This document shows positions 45,889 to 54,933 of a DNA stretch of 64,000 nt, in pieces. Position 1 is the stretch's first letter, and the number at the start of each line of letters is the position of its first letter. The stretch comes from an uncultured Acidobacteriota bacterium (lineage in GTDB: Bacteria; Acidobacteriota; Vicinamibacteria; Vicinamibacterales; UBA8438), in contig CAJWLU010000003.1 in NCBI GenBank assembly GCA_913043225.1, positions 139,545 to 203,544 on the forward strand, written 5' to 3'. The notes under the pieces are model-generated. The model saw nothing but the letters and a program-made list of their open reading frames with translations, ran no database searches and was not told where the DNA came from. The translations under genes and the position numbers were made by a program.

Positions 45889-46341
45889 TCAAACGCTAGG
45901 GCGTCGAGAACTGAACACCGGTTCTCTCGGAACGTCCTCGACGGCAATCCTGAAGCAGTGGGAGCCCGAAGGATGCGACCAGAAGGCACCTTCGTCCTGA
46001 AGCTGTTCCGCGGTGGAGAAGCTCGTGCACAGCTCGTAGCTGTCTTCTGCAAGCACTTGATAGGAATACGGTTCTCCGGACTCAGGGTCGCTCAGCTGAA
46101 GTTTCGGTTCGGCCGAGGACTCCAGCACCCTGAGCGCAAGAGGAAGCGCGCCGACCCGATTCCAGTACACGTCCACAGCCCGGGCCACCGCACGAAGCTC
46201 GCTCCGGCGTCGGGCATCAAGGCGTCGGTCCCGCTCGACGGCCGGCGACCCGAGGAGCCCGAGCCCGATTCCCACCGCCATGGTGGCTACGAGGATCGCC
46301 GCGACGAGTAGTCGCGTGCCCCCGGGGGAGCCGGCCTTCAT
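45889..46341 (-). CDS. Hypothetical membrane-anchored protein
   Basis: 150 aa with an N-terminal TM segment (LLVAAILVATMAVGIGLGLL). 4-nt overlap with the upstream gene. Confidence 0.5.
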   Translation of the reverse strand: MKAGSPGGTRLLVAAILVATMAVGIGLGLLGSPAVERDRRLDARRRSELRAVARAVDVYWNRVGALPLALRVLESSAEPKLQLSDPESGEPYSYQVLAEDSYELCTSFSTAEQLQDEGAFWSHPSGSHCFRIAVEDVPREPVFSSRRPSV

Positions 46342-46985
46342 GCCTCAGTCTCGCGTTCGTCGGCACGGAGGTCTGAGAGGTAGTACCAGAATCCGCCGCC
46401 CGCCAGCGCTCCGACGGTGAGGACCTTGAGCAAGAACCTGGTGGTCAGCTCACCCCCCAGCAGGTTGAAGACCAGCGTGGTGACATCGCCGATCAGCACC
46501 GCCGCCGCCACGAACAGCGTGAGATAGGTCAGCCACCGCCGCACCTTCGATGCCCGCTTCGCTGGGTCGGCCGCCAGTTCCTTGCCTACCAGCTTGGAGA
46601 GTCCGACGAAGAGTGGGCCGGCGACGATCAGGAGAGATACGGACCAGCGGATTTGTTCGCGCATGACCTGGACGGGTCGCGTGTAGCTGAGGTCTGGGAA
46701 CGCGTAGTTGATCAGTTCGAAGAGGAGTTGGCCCAGGCTGAACGCACTCAGATAGAGCGCCGTGAACAGCAGGAGGTAAACGAAGGCGTCCCTGGCTGAC
46801 AGGTACGGCTGCGGGCGGGGGACTGGGAGCGGAAATTCCACGTCAGCGTAGCAGGTAAGGGCTCCGCGAATGTCCGCCCCATCCCAGCCGGCGTTTTTGA
46901 GCGCCGTCCGCAGGCGAGATCGATCTACACCGCGGGCCAGACCGTCCCTGACGAATCGCCGAAGTTCTTCGGGGGCTGCCATCAC
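46338..46985 (-). CDS. Membrane protein, DUF5671-like
   Basis: 215 aa. A soluble N-terminal segment is followed by about four TM helices (FVYLLLFTALYLSAFSLGQLL...). It lies 7 nt after the MarR gene. Confidence 0.55.
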   Translation of the reverse strand: MMAAPEELRRFVRDGLARGVDRSRLRTALKNAGWDGADIRGALTCYADVEFPLPVPRPQPYLSARDAFVYLLLFTALYLSAFSLGQLLFELINYAFPDLSYTRPVQVMREQIRWSVSLLIVAGPLFVGLSKLVGKELAADPAKRASKVRRWLTYLTLFVAAAVLIGDVTTLVFNLLGGELTTRFLLKVLTVGALAGGGFWYYLSDLRADERETEA

Positions 46986-46991
46986 TCCTCC

Positions 46992-47453
46992 TCAGGTATC
47001 CAGTCTGTGTGTGAGCTCGCGTATCGTACCGACCGTGCGCTCTAGGTCGGCCTCGGGCAGACCGTCAGCGATTCGGGCGGCCCAGTCGTGACCGACGTCG
47101 GTCAGCGCGGCTTCGATCCGTTCACCTTTCCGAGTCAAGACGAGCAAGGGTGAACGAACATGGTCGGGGTTGGGGTCGTAACGCACGAGGCCGTCCTTTG
47201 CGAGCAGGTCTGCGACCCGCTGCACGCTCTGGCGCGACATACCCATGCGCCGGGCGATCTGCGGAACGGTCCTGGTTTCCTCGGCCACTGCACCGATGAC
47301 CTGCCACCGCGCCTGCGTCTGGCCGAGCGGCGCGGTCAATGCGGCGCCGTGGCGCAGGAGCGCGCCGTTTAACCGAAAGATCTCGAGTACCAGCTGTCGG
47401 AGGGTGTCTGCGCTGGCGGGTCGAGTGGCCGGGGTGTACTGGTCTGAACCCAT
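46992..47453 (-). CDS. MarR family transcriptional regulator
   Basis: 153 aa. Winged-HTH pattern TQARWQVIGAV...TVPQIARRMGMSRQSVQRVADLLAKDGLV. Confidence 0.88.
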   Translation of the reverse strand: MGSDQYTPATRPASADTLRQLVLEIFRLNGALLRHGAALTAPLGQTQARWQVIGAVAEETRTVPQIARRMGMSRQSVQRVADLLAKDGLVRYDPNPDHVRSPLLVLTRKGERIEAALTDVGHDWAARIADGLPEADLERTVGTIRELTHRLDT

Positions 47454-47494
47454 ATGACACTATTGAACCATATAGACATTATTCTGTCAATATG
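47451..47494. promoter_or_regulatory. Candidate MarR operator (three copies of the CATAT-N-GACA motif)
   Basis: CATATGACA (47451-47459), CATATAGACA (47469-47478) and inverted TGTCAATATG (47485-47494). The last two form a 10-6-10 imperfect palindrome in an AT-rich gap next to the MarR start. Confidence 0.35.
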
Positions 47495-47724
47495 AATAGC
47501 CGTGCTACTTTGCCGCATTTGCCGGCGACCCGAGGCGCTGGTCGGGTTATGACTGGACGGGAAGGACCGGTGGCTGAGGTCGCAACTCACTACCTCCGCG
47601 CGGTCCTTGGGGGAGGCACTCGTGTGGCTACGAGCCCCATCCAAGTCATGGAAGATCCCGACCAGACGCCTCGAGTGACGCCCGCCCGCAGGGCCGGAGA
47701 GCCTGCTCCAACCCCGCGGTCCTG

Positions 47725-47958
47725 CTAGTGGGGAGTCGTGTGCTGTATATCGACTTCTGAATCGAGTGTCCGCTCTTCGTCTTCGACTCCGAACTCAACA
47801 TAGGCGTCGCCAAGCAGACGCACCAGCTCCCGTAGTTCTCGCTTGGTGAGCTTCAACACTAGGGGACCCAGATCTACGTGGATGCAGCCGTGTTGACACT
47901 GCGACACGGCCCAGTGCCGCCGTTTACGGGGTTGCTCTTCTGACGTTTCCTGTTTCAT
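47725..47958 (-). CDS. Small hypothetical Cys/His-containing protein co-transcribed with the TonB-dependent receptor
   Basis: 77 aa. A GGAGA RBS lies 4 nt upstream of the ATG, and the start is 12 nt after the receptor stop. Contains CQHGCIH and has no signal peptide. Confidence 0.55.
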   Translation of the reverse strand: MKQETSEEQPRKRRHWAVSQCQHGCIHVDLGPLVLKLTKRELRELVRLLGDAYVEFGVEDEERTLDSEVDIQHTTPH

Positions 47959-47970
47959 GATGTCTCCGTA

Positions 47971-50247
47971 CTACCAATCAAGGGCTAGAGACGTGATGAC
48001 GCTGCGTCCCGGGCTCGAATAGCGGTCGATTACTGGGTCGTTCGTGCCTCGGCCGCGGACGTTCCACCACTCAAAATAGGTTTCATCGGCTAGGTTCAGT
48101 AGTCCGATTCGGAAGGTCACCGCGTCGGCCGGCCGGATCGAGGTGACGAAGTCAACCACCTGGTACCCGTCCGGCGCGAATTGTCCGTCACCGGCATCCA
48201 AAGCAGTCTGTCCTTCGGTGATCCGTACCGACAGCTCGCTTGTCCACCAGCCGTCTGGGTCGATGTACTGGAGCCCAATGACGCCTTCGTCCGGCGTAAT
48301 CGAACCGAGGGGTGTGTCGGTGTCGCCGGACACGTCGGTCCCGGTTATGGCGGCCCAGCTAGCGCGGAGGCGGACACGGTTGGTGAGATACGTGTCGGCC
48401 CTCACTTCGACTCCCCCGATCTCTACCTCTGACAGGTTCTGGCTCTGGAACTCCAGGAGGAATGTGGCGGGGTTGAACCCGACCGCGGTTAGCTCGATGA
48501 AGTCATCGTAGCGATTCGAGAAGGCGGTGACATCCAGGCTTGTCCGGCCAAATGCGGCCCGCAGCCCAACTTCAATGTTGTCGCTCGTCTCGGCATTCAA
48601 CCCCGCGTTCGGGAGCGTGGTGTATCCGCCCGCTAGGTTGGTGAAGCCGGTGTTGATCGCGCTGTAGGGAGGTGCGCGGAAACCGCCGGCATACTGGGCG
48701 TGCGCGGTTAGGTCGTCCGTGATCAAGACCGTGGCGCCAATCTTCGGCGACATCGCGTCGGCCGAGAAATCAGCTGGCACCGGATTCAGTCCGGCAAGGT
48801 AAACCGCGTCCTCCTGGTTGGCGTCGAGTGAGTACCGGTCGTAGCGGACTCCCGGGACGATGGTCAGACGGTCTACGCGGAGCTCGGCTTGCACATAGAC
48901 GCCGGTCTCATCAACGTCGCTCTCTGGGAAATACTTCGCCGGGAAGATGAGGCTGGTCGGCACCGGCGCACCGGTGATGATGTTCGTTTCGCTGCGATCA
49001 CGCAGCACATCGAACGCATCACGTGTGAAGCTGGCGCCGAAGGTCAGCATCAGCCCGTTCTCGGTACCCCCGACCCAGTGTTGTCCTTGCCCTGAGGCGC
49101 CGAAGCCCCGCTGCTCGAAATTGACGGTGCCGGTCCTCGAGGACAGCGTGGGCGGACCGAACGCGACGATTGATCGGGACTCGTCTACGACTTGGGAGGT
49201 GTCGCCCCCCTGGCCGTAGACCCGCCAGGTGAGCACGTCTAGTCCACGCTGCGGTGTCAGGACGTGATCGAGCGAGATTCGCCAGCGCTTCTGAGTGTCG
49301 AGGGCCTGCGCGCTCGTCGTGCTGAACGCGACCGGACCGTAGAAGGTTGTGCCCTGAAGCGAGTACGCCGTCGTGTTGATCTGGGTGTCGAACACCTCGA
49401 TCGCGCTTCGGAAGATGTTTCCTGGAGACGCAGTGAAAACCATCTTGCCGAGCGCCTGCAGGCCTTCGCGGTCTTGAGGGTTTGGTGCGGTGCGGGTGAC
49501 GTCCAGTGTTTCGATTGTGCCCTGGTTCTTGGTCTCGTTTCCCCGGCTGTAACTGGTAAACAGCGACCCCTGCACGCTCTCGTTGCCTAGGGCGAACGCG
49601 AAGTTGCCGCTGGTATCGTCAGAGCGCCCGTCCCAGGTGGTCTTGACGCCGAGGTAGCGCTTCTGGTCCAGCAAGTAGTCGGCAGGGTCTTTCGTGAACA
49701 AGGACACGACACCGCCTAGGGCGTCGCTGCCGTAGAGGGCCGAGTTGGCGCTCCGGACGATCTCGACCGACTTGAGCGTGTCCACGTCGAGGCCTGCCTG
49801 ATGGATGCTGAACGGCCCGAAGTCGAACTGCTCGGAGGTCTGTACCCCATCGACCTGGGTCATGACACGGTTACCACCCACGCCACGAATGTTGAAGCCG
49901 TTCAAGCCGAGTCGGGTTACGTCGTTCTCGACATAGACGCCAGGTTCGAACTTGACGAGGTCGGAGAAGCTCTCGACCATCCGCTCCGCGATGGTTTCGC
50001 TATCGATGACCGACACCACGCCCGGGGTCTCCCTCAGCGATGACGGCGAAAGCGTGGCCGTGACCGTTATCTCATCGAGATACGTCGTCGGCTCGTCCTC
50101 GGTCGACTGATTGGTGCTGGCACTAGTCGACGTTTGCGGCTGAGCCAGCACCTCGGCGGGCAGGAGTGCCACCGTTAGCGAGAAGACGAGGACGGCTCCT
50201 GCCCCCTGGGGACCGCGTCCGCGTCGGAGCTGTTGTACGAGCTGCAT
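47971..50247 (-). CDS. TonB-dependent outer-membrane receptor
   Basis: ATG at 50247 (GGAG RBS) gives a signal peptide ...LPAEVLAQ. Plug domain ITVTATLSPSSLRETPGVVSVID. There is a FRAP-like box (GGFRAPPYS) and an NPNL-like box (LPNAGLNAE). The C-terminus ends in an aromatic residue (...SLALDW). Confidence 0.9.
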   Translation of the reverse strand: MQLVQQLRRGRGPQGAGAVLVFSLTVALLPAEVLAQPQTSTSASTNQSTEDEPTTYLDEITVTATLSPSSLRETPGVVSVIDSETIAERMVESFSDLVKFEPGVYVENDVTRLGLNGFNIRGVGGNRVMTQVDGVQTSEQFDFGPFSIHQAGLDVDTLKSVEIVRSANSALYGSDALGGVVSLFTKDPADYLLDQKRYLGVKTTWDGRSDDTSGNFAFALGNESVQGSLFTSYSRGNETKNQGTIETLDVTRTAPNPQDREGLQALGKMVFTASPGNIFRSAIEVFDTQINTTAYSLQGTTFYGPVAFSTTSAQALDTQKRWRISLDHVLTPQRGLDVLTWRVYGQGGDTSQVVDESRSIVAFGPPTLSSRTGTVNFEQRGFGASGQGQHWVGGTENGLMLTFGASFTRDAFDVLRDRSETNIITGAPVPTSLIFPAKYFPESDVDETGVYVQAELRVDRLTIVPGVRYDRYSLDANQEDAVYLAGLNPVPADFSADAMSPKIGATVLITDDLTAHAQYAGGFRAPPYSAINTGFTNLAGGYTTLPNAGLNAETSDNIEVGLRAAFGRTSLDVTAFSNRYDDFIELTAVGFNPATFLLEFQSQNLSEVEIGGVEVRADTYLTNRVRLRASWAAITGTDVSGDTDTPLGSITPDEGVIGLQYIDPDGWWTSELSVRITEGQTALDAGDGQFAPDGYQVVDFVTSIRPADAVTFRIGLLNLADETYFEWWNVRGRGTNDPVIDRYSSPGRSVITSLALDW

Positions 50248-50358
50248 GGCTATACTCCAAATGGGTTCCGGTCCGCCCCATGCGGTACCGGCGCTCACTT
50301 GGGCGCTCCCGTTCGGCTCCTACACCATGGGCGGGGGCGCCCACCTCTGATCCAACGT

Positions 50359-51672
50359 TCAGTTCAGTGCCTTGTCGTCCGAGCTGACTCGGATAAGTTC
50401 GGTCCCGGCCCGGATCAGGATCGCATCGTCAACCGCCGCGATCGCTGTGACGGGTGCGCTGACCGACAAGTGGTTAGTAGCCACAACCTGGGCCGTTTTC
50501 GCCGATGCCGCCAGTATCTCGGTCGTACCGTCCTCACCAAAGAAGAAGACGTGGTCTCGGTGACCGAGCGGAGTAGCCCACGTGGACGCGGAAAGCCGAT
50601 GGGTCCACTGGACCTCGCCCGATTGTGGGTCCAGGCAGCGTGCCGCGCCCGCTGGGTTGATCCAATATATGCACTTGCCGTACGCGAACGGGGAGCCGAA
50701 GTTTGAACCGCTACCGGTCTTCCAGGCGACGGCCGTTTCGTCGAGTTTGCCGAGCCCGCCCCGTCGGATGGCAAGGTTTGCATCGACCGCCAGTCCTCCC
50801 ACCACGACGAGCTCGTTCGTGACCGTTGGGGAGGGCACATGGTTGCCGCTCAGACCGGCGAAGTGCCAGCGGCGTTCGCCGGTGACGGCGTCGAAGCCTT
50901 CGATCTGTCCGGACGCGCTGACGACGATCTCATTGCCTTCGGGCGATAGCACTGGTGTGGTCCAGGCGACTCCGGCGTCCCGCTCGGTCCGCCATAGCGT
51001 GTCGCCAGTGGTTCGATCGACCGCGAGAAGATAGGAGTAGGTACGTCGAGTCAGAAGTACCACGACCGCACGGGGAGTCAGCAGCAAGGAGTTTCCGACC
51101 CCGTGATTACCTCCTACGGATCCATAGTCCTTGGTCAGATCACGTTGCCAATGCACTGCACCGTCGTGGCCCAAGGCGATAAGGTCGCCGCTGGCGAAGA
51201 AGCTATAGATGCGGTCTTGGTCGACGACTGGAGTGGGCGCTGCTTTGGAGACGTAGTCATTGAACTCGTGTGGTTCGGAGGCATCGAAAGCCTGGCGCCA
51301 CTGTTCGCTGCCGTCTTCCAGATTGAGCGCCGTGACCCACAGACGTTCTTTCATGGCGCCTTCAATCGAGGTGACGAACACTGAACTGTCCCAGATCACC
51401 GGGGAGGACTGCCCAAACCCCGGGGTGGTGACACGCCAGGCGACAGTCTGGTCGGACCAGGTAAGTGGGAGTCGGGCGGCGTGGCTGACGTTGGTACCGT
51501 CGCCGCGGAAGCCCGGCCATCGCGTAGCGGCCTCGGAGGTCGCAAAAACGAAACCCGCGCGCCGAGTTTGGGCAGCATGGTCTGCCAGGAGGAGGAAGAC
51601 CAAAGCCACGATACAGCCGCCCGCAGAGGGCAGTAGCCCTCCGAAGATCGGTGGAGGCGCTAGCGATCGCAC
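50359..51672 (-). CDS. Secreted PQQ-like / BamB-like beta-propeller repeat protein
   Basis: 437 aa. Repeated W-containing blades (VAWRVTTPG, EQWRQAF, VHWQRDL, TLWRTER, RRWHFAG, VQWTHRL). Confidence 0.8.
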   Translation of the reverse strand: MRSLAPPPIFGGLLPSAGGCIVALVFLLLADHAAQTRRAGFVFATSEAATRWPGFRGDGTNVSHAARLPLTWSDQTVAWRVTTPGFGQSSPVIWDSSVFVTSIEGAMKERLWVTALNLEDGSEQWRQAFDASEPHEFNDYVSKAAPTPVVDQDRIYSFFASGDLIALGHDGAVHWQRDLTKDYGSVGGNHGVGNSLLLTPRAVVVLLTRRTYSYLLAVDRTTGDTLWRTERDAGVAWTTPVLSPEGNEIVVSASGQIEGFDAVTGERRWHFAGLSGNHVPSPTVTNELVVVGGLAVDANLAIRRGGLGKLDETAVAWKTGSGSNFGSPFAYGKCIYWINPAGAARCLDPQSGEVQWTHRLSASTWATPLGHRDHVFFFGEDGTTEILAASAKTAQVVATNHLSVSAPVTAIAAVDDAILIRAGTELIRVSSDDKALN

Positions 51673-53441
51673 CGGCGCCCCCCTTTCAGGCTGACGCCGG
51701 CAAGGCTGGCGTCGCTGTCACAGCGGCTACGTTCGTCAGGCTGCCACCCCATGATCTGGCGCATCGCTGCCTCGCCTTGAGTGATTAAGTCACCGATCCA
51801 GCGAGCAAATAGCGGGTGGGGAGCGAAGCCAGCTCCGATCTGCACTCCGTCGAGGTCGCTGAGTTCGTACTGGGATGGGCCGGTCCCGGTCATCCGGGCT
51901 GGAATGGCCAGCACTGTCCGGCCGAGGGCTCGTTCGGCTTCAATGATGCCGTGGATCTGGGCCTCGGCTTCCTCGCGGGCGTCGGGCCAGTCTTCTCGCC
52001 AGTTGGCCCAGTGGAATGCCGCGAAGTTCGGTTCGTGCTCCTGCATCTGCGAGGCGATCGACTCAAGGTTCTCCAACCACGCCGCGTTTCCCTCGTCGCT
52101 GCCCGCACCGTGACCAAGGAGCAGCACGGCCTCCTGCGAGGGATTGTTAGAGAGGGCTCGGGCGCGCGCCGCGAGCGCCTCCGCAAATGCCGGGTGGTCT
52201 TCCAGGCCGCCAAGGGTGGCGAAGATCGCCGCAGAGCGCACCCGAGGGGGTGGTCCCATGCCCATGGACATGCCCGGTTCATCGCCGAGCCCCATCAGAT
52301 ACTCGATGCGGTCGAGAAATGACGCTGCTTGGGCGAAGACCCGAATGAGCACGATGGCCCGCGCACCGCGTTCTTCCAGGCGTGAGACGGCTCGACCGAG
52401 CACGACCGGGTCGGCCATCGAGAAGGCATATTCGACCAACCGGCTCTGGGTTAACTCGGCGAGCGGCTGGCGAATCGACTCGTTCCAGTCGATGTCGGCG
52501 CCGTGCGGCATCAGCACGTACCCGATCTCGTTGGCTGTGGGTGGAATCCAGCGATTGGCCTCTTGGGCCATCCAGACTGTTGCCATGGGGTCTGGGATGA
52601 CCCCTTGAGCGAGGAACTCCACCGAGACCCCGGCAAGGCTCCTACGTAGGGAGCCGTTCAGGTCCATCATCGAGTCCATGCGGGAGCCCAGGTGCCAGGG
52701 GATCACCAGGACGCGATCATGGGCTTTGGCCAGCGCGTCTGCAGCTGGTCGAATCCGGTCGAGCGACGATTGGAGTTCATCGAAATCACCACTGGGTCCT
52801 CGTACCACCACGACGTCAGTGGCTGCGAGCCCAGTTGCCCGGCTAACCCTCCCGAGAGTGTCTGATAGGTCAGCTTCCATGGCGGAAGTCGAGCTTGCGT
52901 CGACCGCTCCGGAGCCGACCACGAGGACCGCGACGTCCGGTGGAGGGGCCCCGGGCATACCTGGTCGCACGCCTGCGGTAGAGAGGCGCTCAATCAGGAT
53001 CTCTTCGGCCAGATACGAAGCTCCGAACGGGTCCGCCACGGCAATGTCTAGTCCGGTGTTGTTGATGGCGTCGTGGACCCGCACCAGCAGGGGGTGAGTA
53101 CCGGCCAGGAAGAGCGGCAGTGCCGCGATCTTAGATGCCCCGTTGAGGCGGAGACGCTCTATCGCAGGTGAGGCGAAGCGCATCGGGTCACCGTCCCACG
53201 GAAGGAATGCGAGTTCAGCCCGGAAGGCTTCTGAGAACTTGCGAAACGCATCGCGCACTTCGTCGTTTCCGAGAAATCCACGGTCTGGGGCCACGACGAG
53301 GAAGCCGACCTGACCAGGATCGGCCGGTGGTACCAGTCGCGGCACTCGGGTTTCCATGACGTGCTGCGCTGACGTCGTGGTTCCGGCAACCACAATGAGG
53401 GCGAAGAATGCCGCGAGGTAGCGTATGGGCAGTCTGGTCAT
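51660..53441 (-). CDS. Secreted protein with tandem CbiX/SirB-like (class II chelatase) modules
   Basis: 593 aa with signal peptide YLAAFFALIVVAGTTTSAQ. It has four alpha/beta half-domains. The C-terminal pair carries HG motifs (YVLMPHGADIDWN, VLLLGHGAGSDEGN). The N-terminal pair has PLF-type blocks (ALPLFLAGTHP) but no His at the equivalent HG position. Assigned by eye only. Confidence 0.6.
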   Translation of the reverse strand: MTRLPIRYLAAFFALIVVAGTTTSAQHVMETRVPRLVPPADPGQVGFLVVAPDRGFLGNDEVRDAFRKFSEAFRAELAFLPWDGDPMRFASPAIERLRLNGASKIAALPLFLAGTHPLLVRVHDAINNTGLDIAVADPFGASYLAEEILIERLSTAGVRPGMPGAPPPDVAVLVVGSGAVDASSTSAMEADLSDTLGRVSRATGLAATDVVVVRGPSGDFDELQSSLDRIRPAADALAKAHDRVLVIPWHLGSRMDSMMDLNGSLRRSLAGVSVEFLAQGVIPDPMATVWMAQEANRWIPPTANEIGYVLMPHGADIDWNESIRQPLAELTQSRLVEYAFSMADPVVLGRAVSRLEERGARAIVLIRVFAQAASFLDRIEYLMGLGDEPGMSMGMGPPPRVRSAAIFATLGGLEDHPAFAEALAARARALSNNPSQEAVLLLGHGAGSDEGNAAWLENLESIASQMQEHEPNFAAFHWANWREDWPDAREEAEAQIHGIIEAERALGRTVLAIPARMTGTGPSQYELSDLDGVQIGAGFAPHPLFARWIGDLITQGEAAMRQIMGWQPDERSRCDSDASLAGVSLKGGRRCDR

Positions 53442-53579
53442 AACGTCTCTCTGCGTTGCACGTCACGACCCCAGTTGCCTGTGATGCGGGCGGGTGTCGT
53501 CACGCTCTTCGTGCGGTCGGCCCTTCTGGACCAAGCGCTCGACCAGCTCGCCGGGTGCTGCTACACCTAGCGGACTGTC

Positions 53580-53608
53580 TTGATATTGAGAATGAGTCTC
53601 AATATCAA
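53580..53608 (-). promoter_or_regulatory. Palindromic operator embedded in a sigma70-like promoter (site 1)
   Basis: TTGATATTGAGA (53580-53591) / atgag / TCTCAATATCAA (53597-53608), a perfect 12-5-12 palindrome. On the minus strand it reads TTGATA-17 nt-TATCAA, about 140 nt upstream of the CbiX-like gene start. Confidence 0.5.
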
Positions 53609-53628
53609 CATTAAGGTGAACTGTATGT

Positions 53629-53645
53629 CCGACCGAATCGGTCGG
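53629..53645 (-). terminator. Short palindromic stem-loop after the JmjC-like gene
   Basis: CCGACCGA a TCGGTCGG lies 12 nt downstream of the stop at 53657. There is no clear U-tract. Confidence 0.3.
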
Positions 53646-53656
53646 TCAAGGAAAAA

Positions 53657-54871
53657 TTATTTGAGGCGAGAGCGTTCGTGGTGGGATCTCAAGAGGCCCT
53701 CTCTTGCGAGTCGCCGAATCAGTGTGAGGTTTCCTGCGGTGTCGAGCGGACCCGGGAGTTCAAGGGCGGTAAACCTTTCATTAGCACAGATGAACTCGAT
53801 GGCTTCGGCGACATGGAGCGGGAACCGCAACTCCTGCCCAGCGAAGCACATCACGCACTCGTTCTGCGAGAGGTACGAGTGGATGGCCATCTCTCGTCGA
53901 ATGACCACCGTATCCTCGTTCACCAGATGCTGGTCGGCCCGCTGAGTCAGAAGGTCTGAGAAAAGCGGTTGATTGGCCGCAGATACCTCACTGGCAAACC
54001 GTCGCCAGACATCCTCAAAAGAGCGATCGAGTGCCAAGTCAAAGTGCTGGCGAGCCAGGGTCGCGGTCTCTTCTGGTGTGAGTTTCCCACTCGCGAAACC
54101 GACTGGGAGGTTGGCGCGGAGGGCTGGGTTCTCGAGGGCTGCGGCCGACACTGCGTCGGCGAGAAAGTCAGCCCATGTAAAGGCGGTCAATCCGAGGGTG
54201 ATGTGAAGAGAAGCGGTATCGACCGACCGCGCGGCATGCATCAGTCCTCGCGGAAGATAGACGAAGTCGCCCGCATGAAGATCGAACTCGTCGATTGTGC
54301 GCCCAGGGCGATCGACGTCCGGATTGCACTTCTGCCCTCGCAAGGGCAGCGCGATCGGGCTCTCGAAGACACTCCACCGTTTTGAGCCGCTGACTTGCAT
54401 CACGAAGACGTCGTGGGTGTCCCAATGGGGCTTGAACCCTTGGGCCTCTGGGGGCGTGAGATAGATGTTGGTCTGGATGCGGGAACCGAAGCGCTGCCCC
54501 AGCGCGACGCAAAGCGCCGCGAGTTGGGGGAGGCGACGATGGAGCCCACGAAAGATGACGGTCGCGCCTTCGTCGAAGAGGCGCGTCACTTCCAGCGGTT
54601 CGGCTACCCCGGCTGGGCCGGTGAACCGGCTGGCGTCGATGGCGGTCTCGTCGGCTCGCACTAGTGAAATGTCAGGGAAGCGGAGCGCATGCGTCCCCAG
54701 CACGTGGTCCAAGTCGGCGAAGGTCAGGAGCGACTCGAAGTAATTGGGCTGTTGGCGGTGGACGACCCGGTGTCGTCGCTCGTAGAACTCATCCTCGAAG
54801 GTTGAAGTCGAGAGCGGATCGAGTAGCCAGGCGTACGGAGCGTTGGCGATGGGCGGCGTGTGTGGCTTCAT
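53657..54871 (-). CDS. JmjC / cupin-4 family 2OG-Fe(II) oxygenase (ribosomal oxygenase RoxA/YcfD-like)
   Basis: 404 aa. NIYLTPPEAQGFKPHWDTHDVFVMQVSGSKRWSVFE contains the HxD motif and cupin-4 core, with a later H in the LHITLG region. Confidence 0.8.
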   Translation of the reverse strand: MKPHTPPIANAPYAWLLDPLSTSTFEDEFYERRHRVVHRQQPNYFESLLTFADLDHVLGTHALRFPDISLVRADETAIDASRFTGPAGVAEPLEVTRLFDEGATVIFRGLHRRLPQLAALCVALGQRFGSRIQTNIYLTPPEAQGFKPHWDTHDVFVMQVSGSKRWSVFESPIALPLRGQKCNPDVDRPGRTIDEFDLHAGDFVYLPRGLMHAARSVDTASLHITLGLTAFTWADFLADAVSAAALENPALRANLPVGFASGKLTPEETATLARQHFDLALDRSFEDVWRRFASEVSAANQPLFSDLLTQRADQHLVNEDTVVIRREMAIHSYLSQNECVMCFAGQELRFPLHVAEAIEFICANERFTALELPGPLDTAGNLTLIRRLAREGLLRSHHERSRLK

Positions 54872-54933
54872 GGTGTCGCCTGGCCGCTGCGCGAGCGCCA
54901 GCCCGTCGACGCTCTGTCTGGGAAGGCCTGGCG

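Noticed and set aside
47502-47728. 75-aa ORF divergent from the MarR gene (MNSRATLPHLPATRGAG...)
   Set aside because: Third-position GC is clearly lower than in neighbouring genes, the sequence is Pro/Arg/Thr-rich without structure, and no RBS is evident. It is more likely untranslated.
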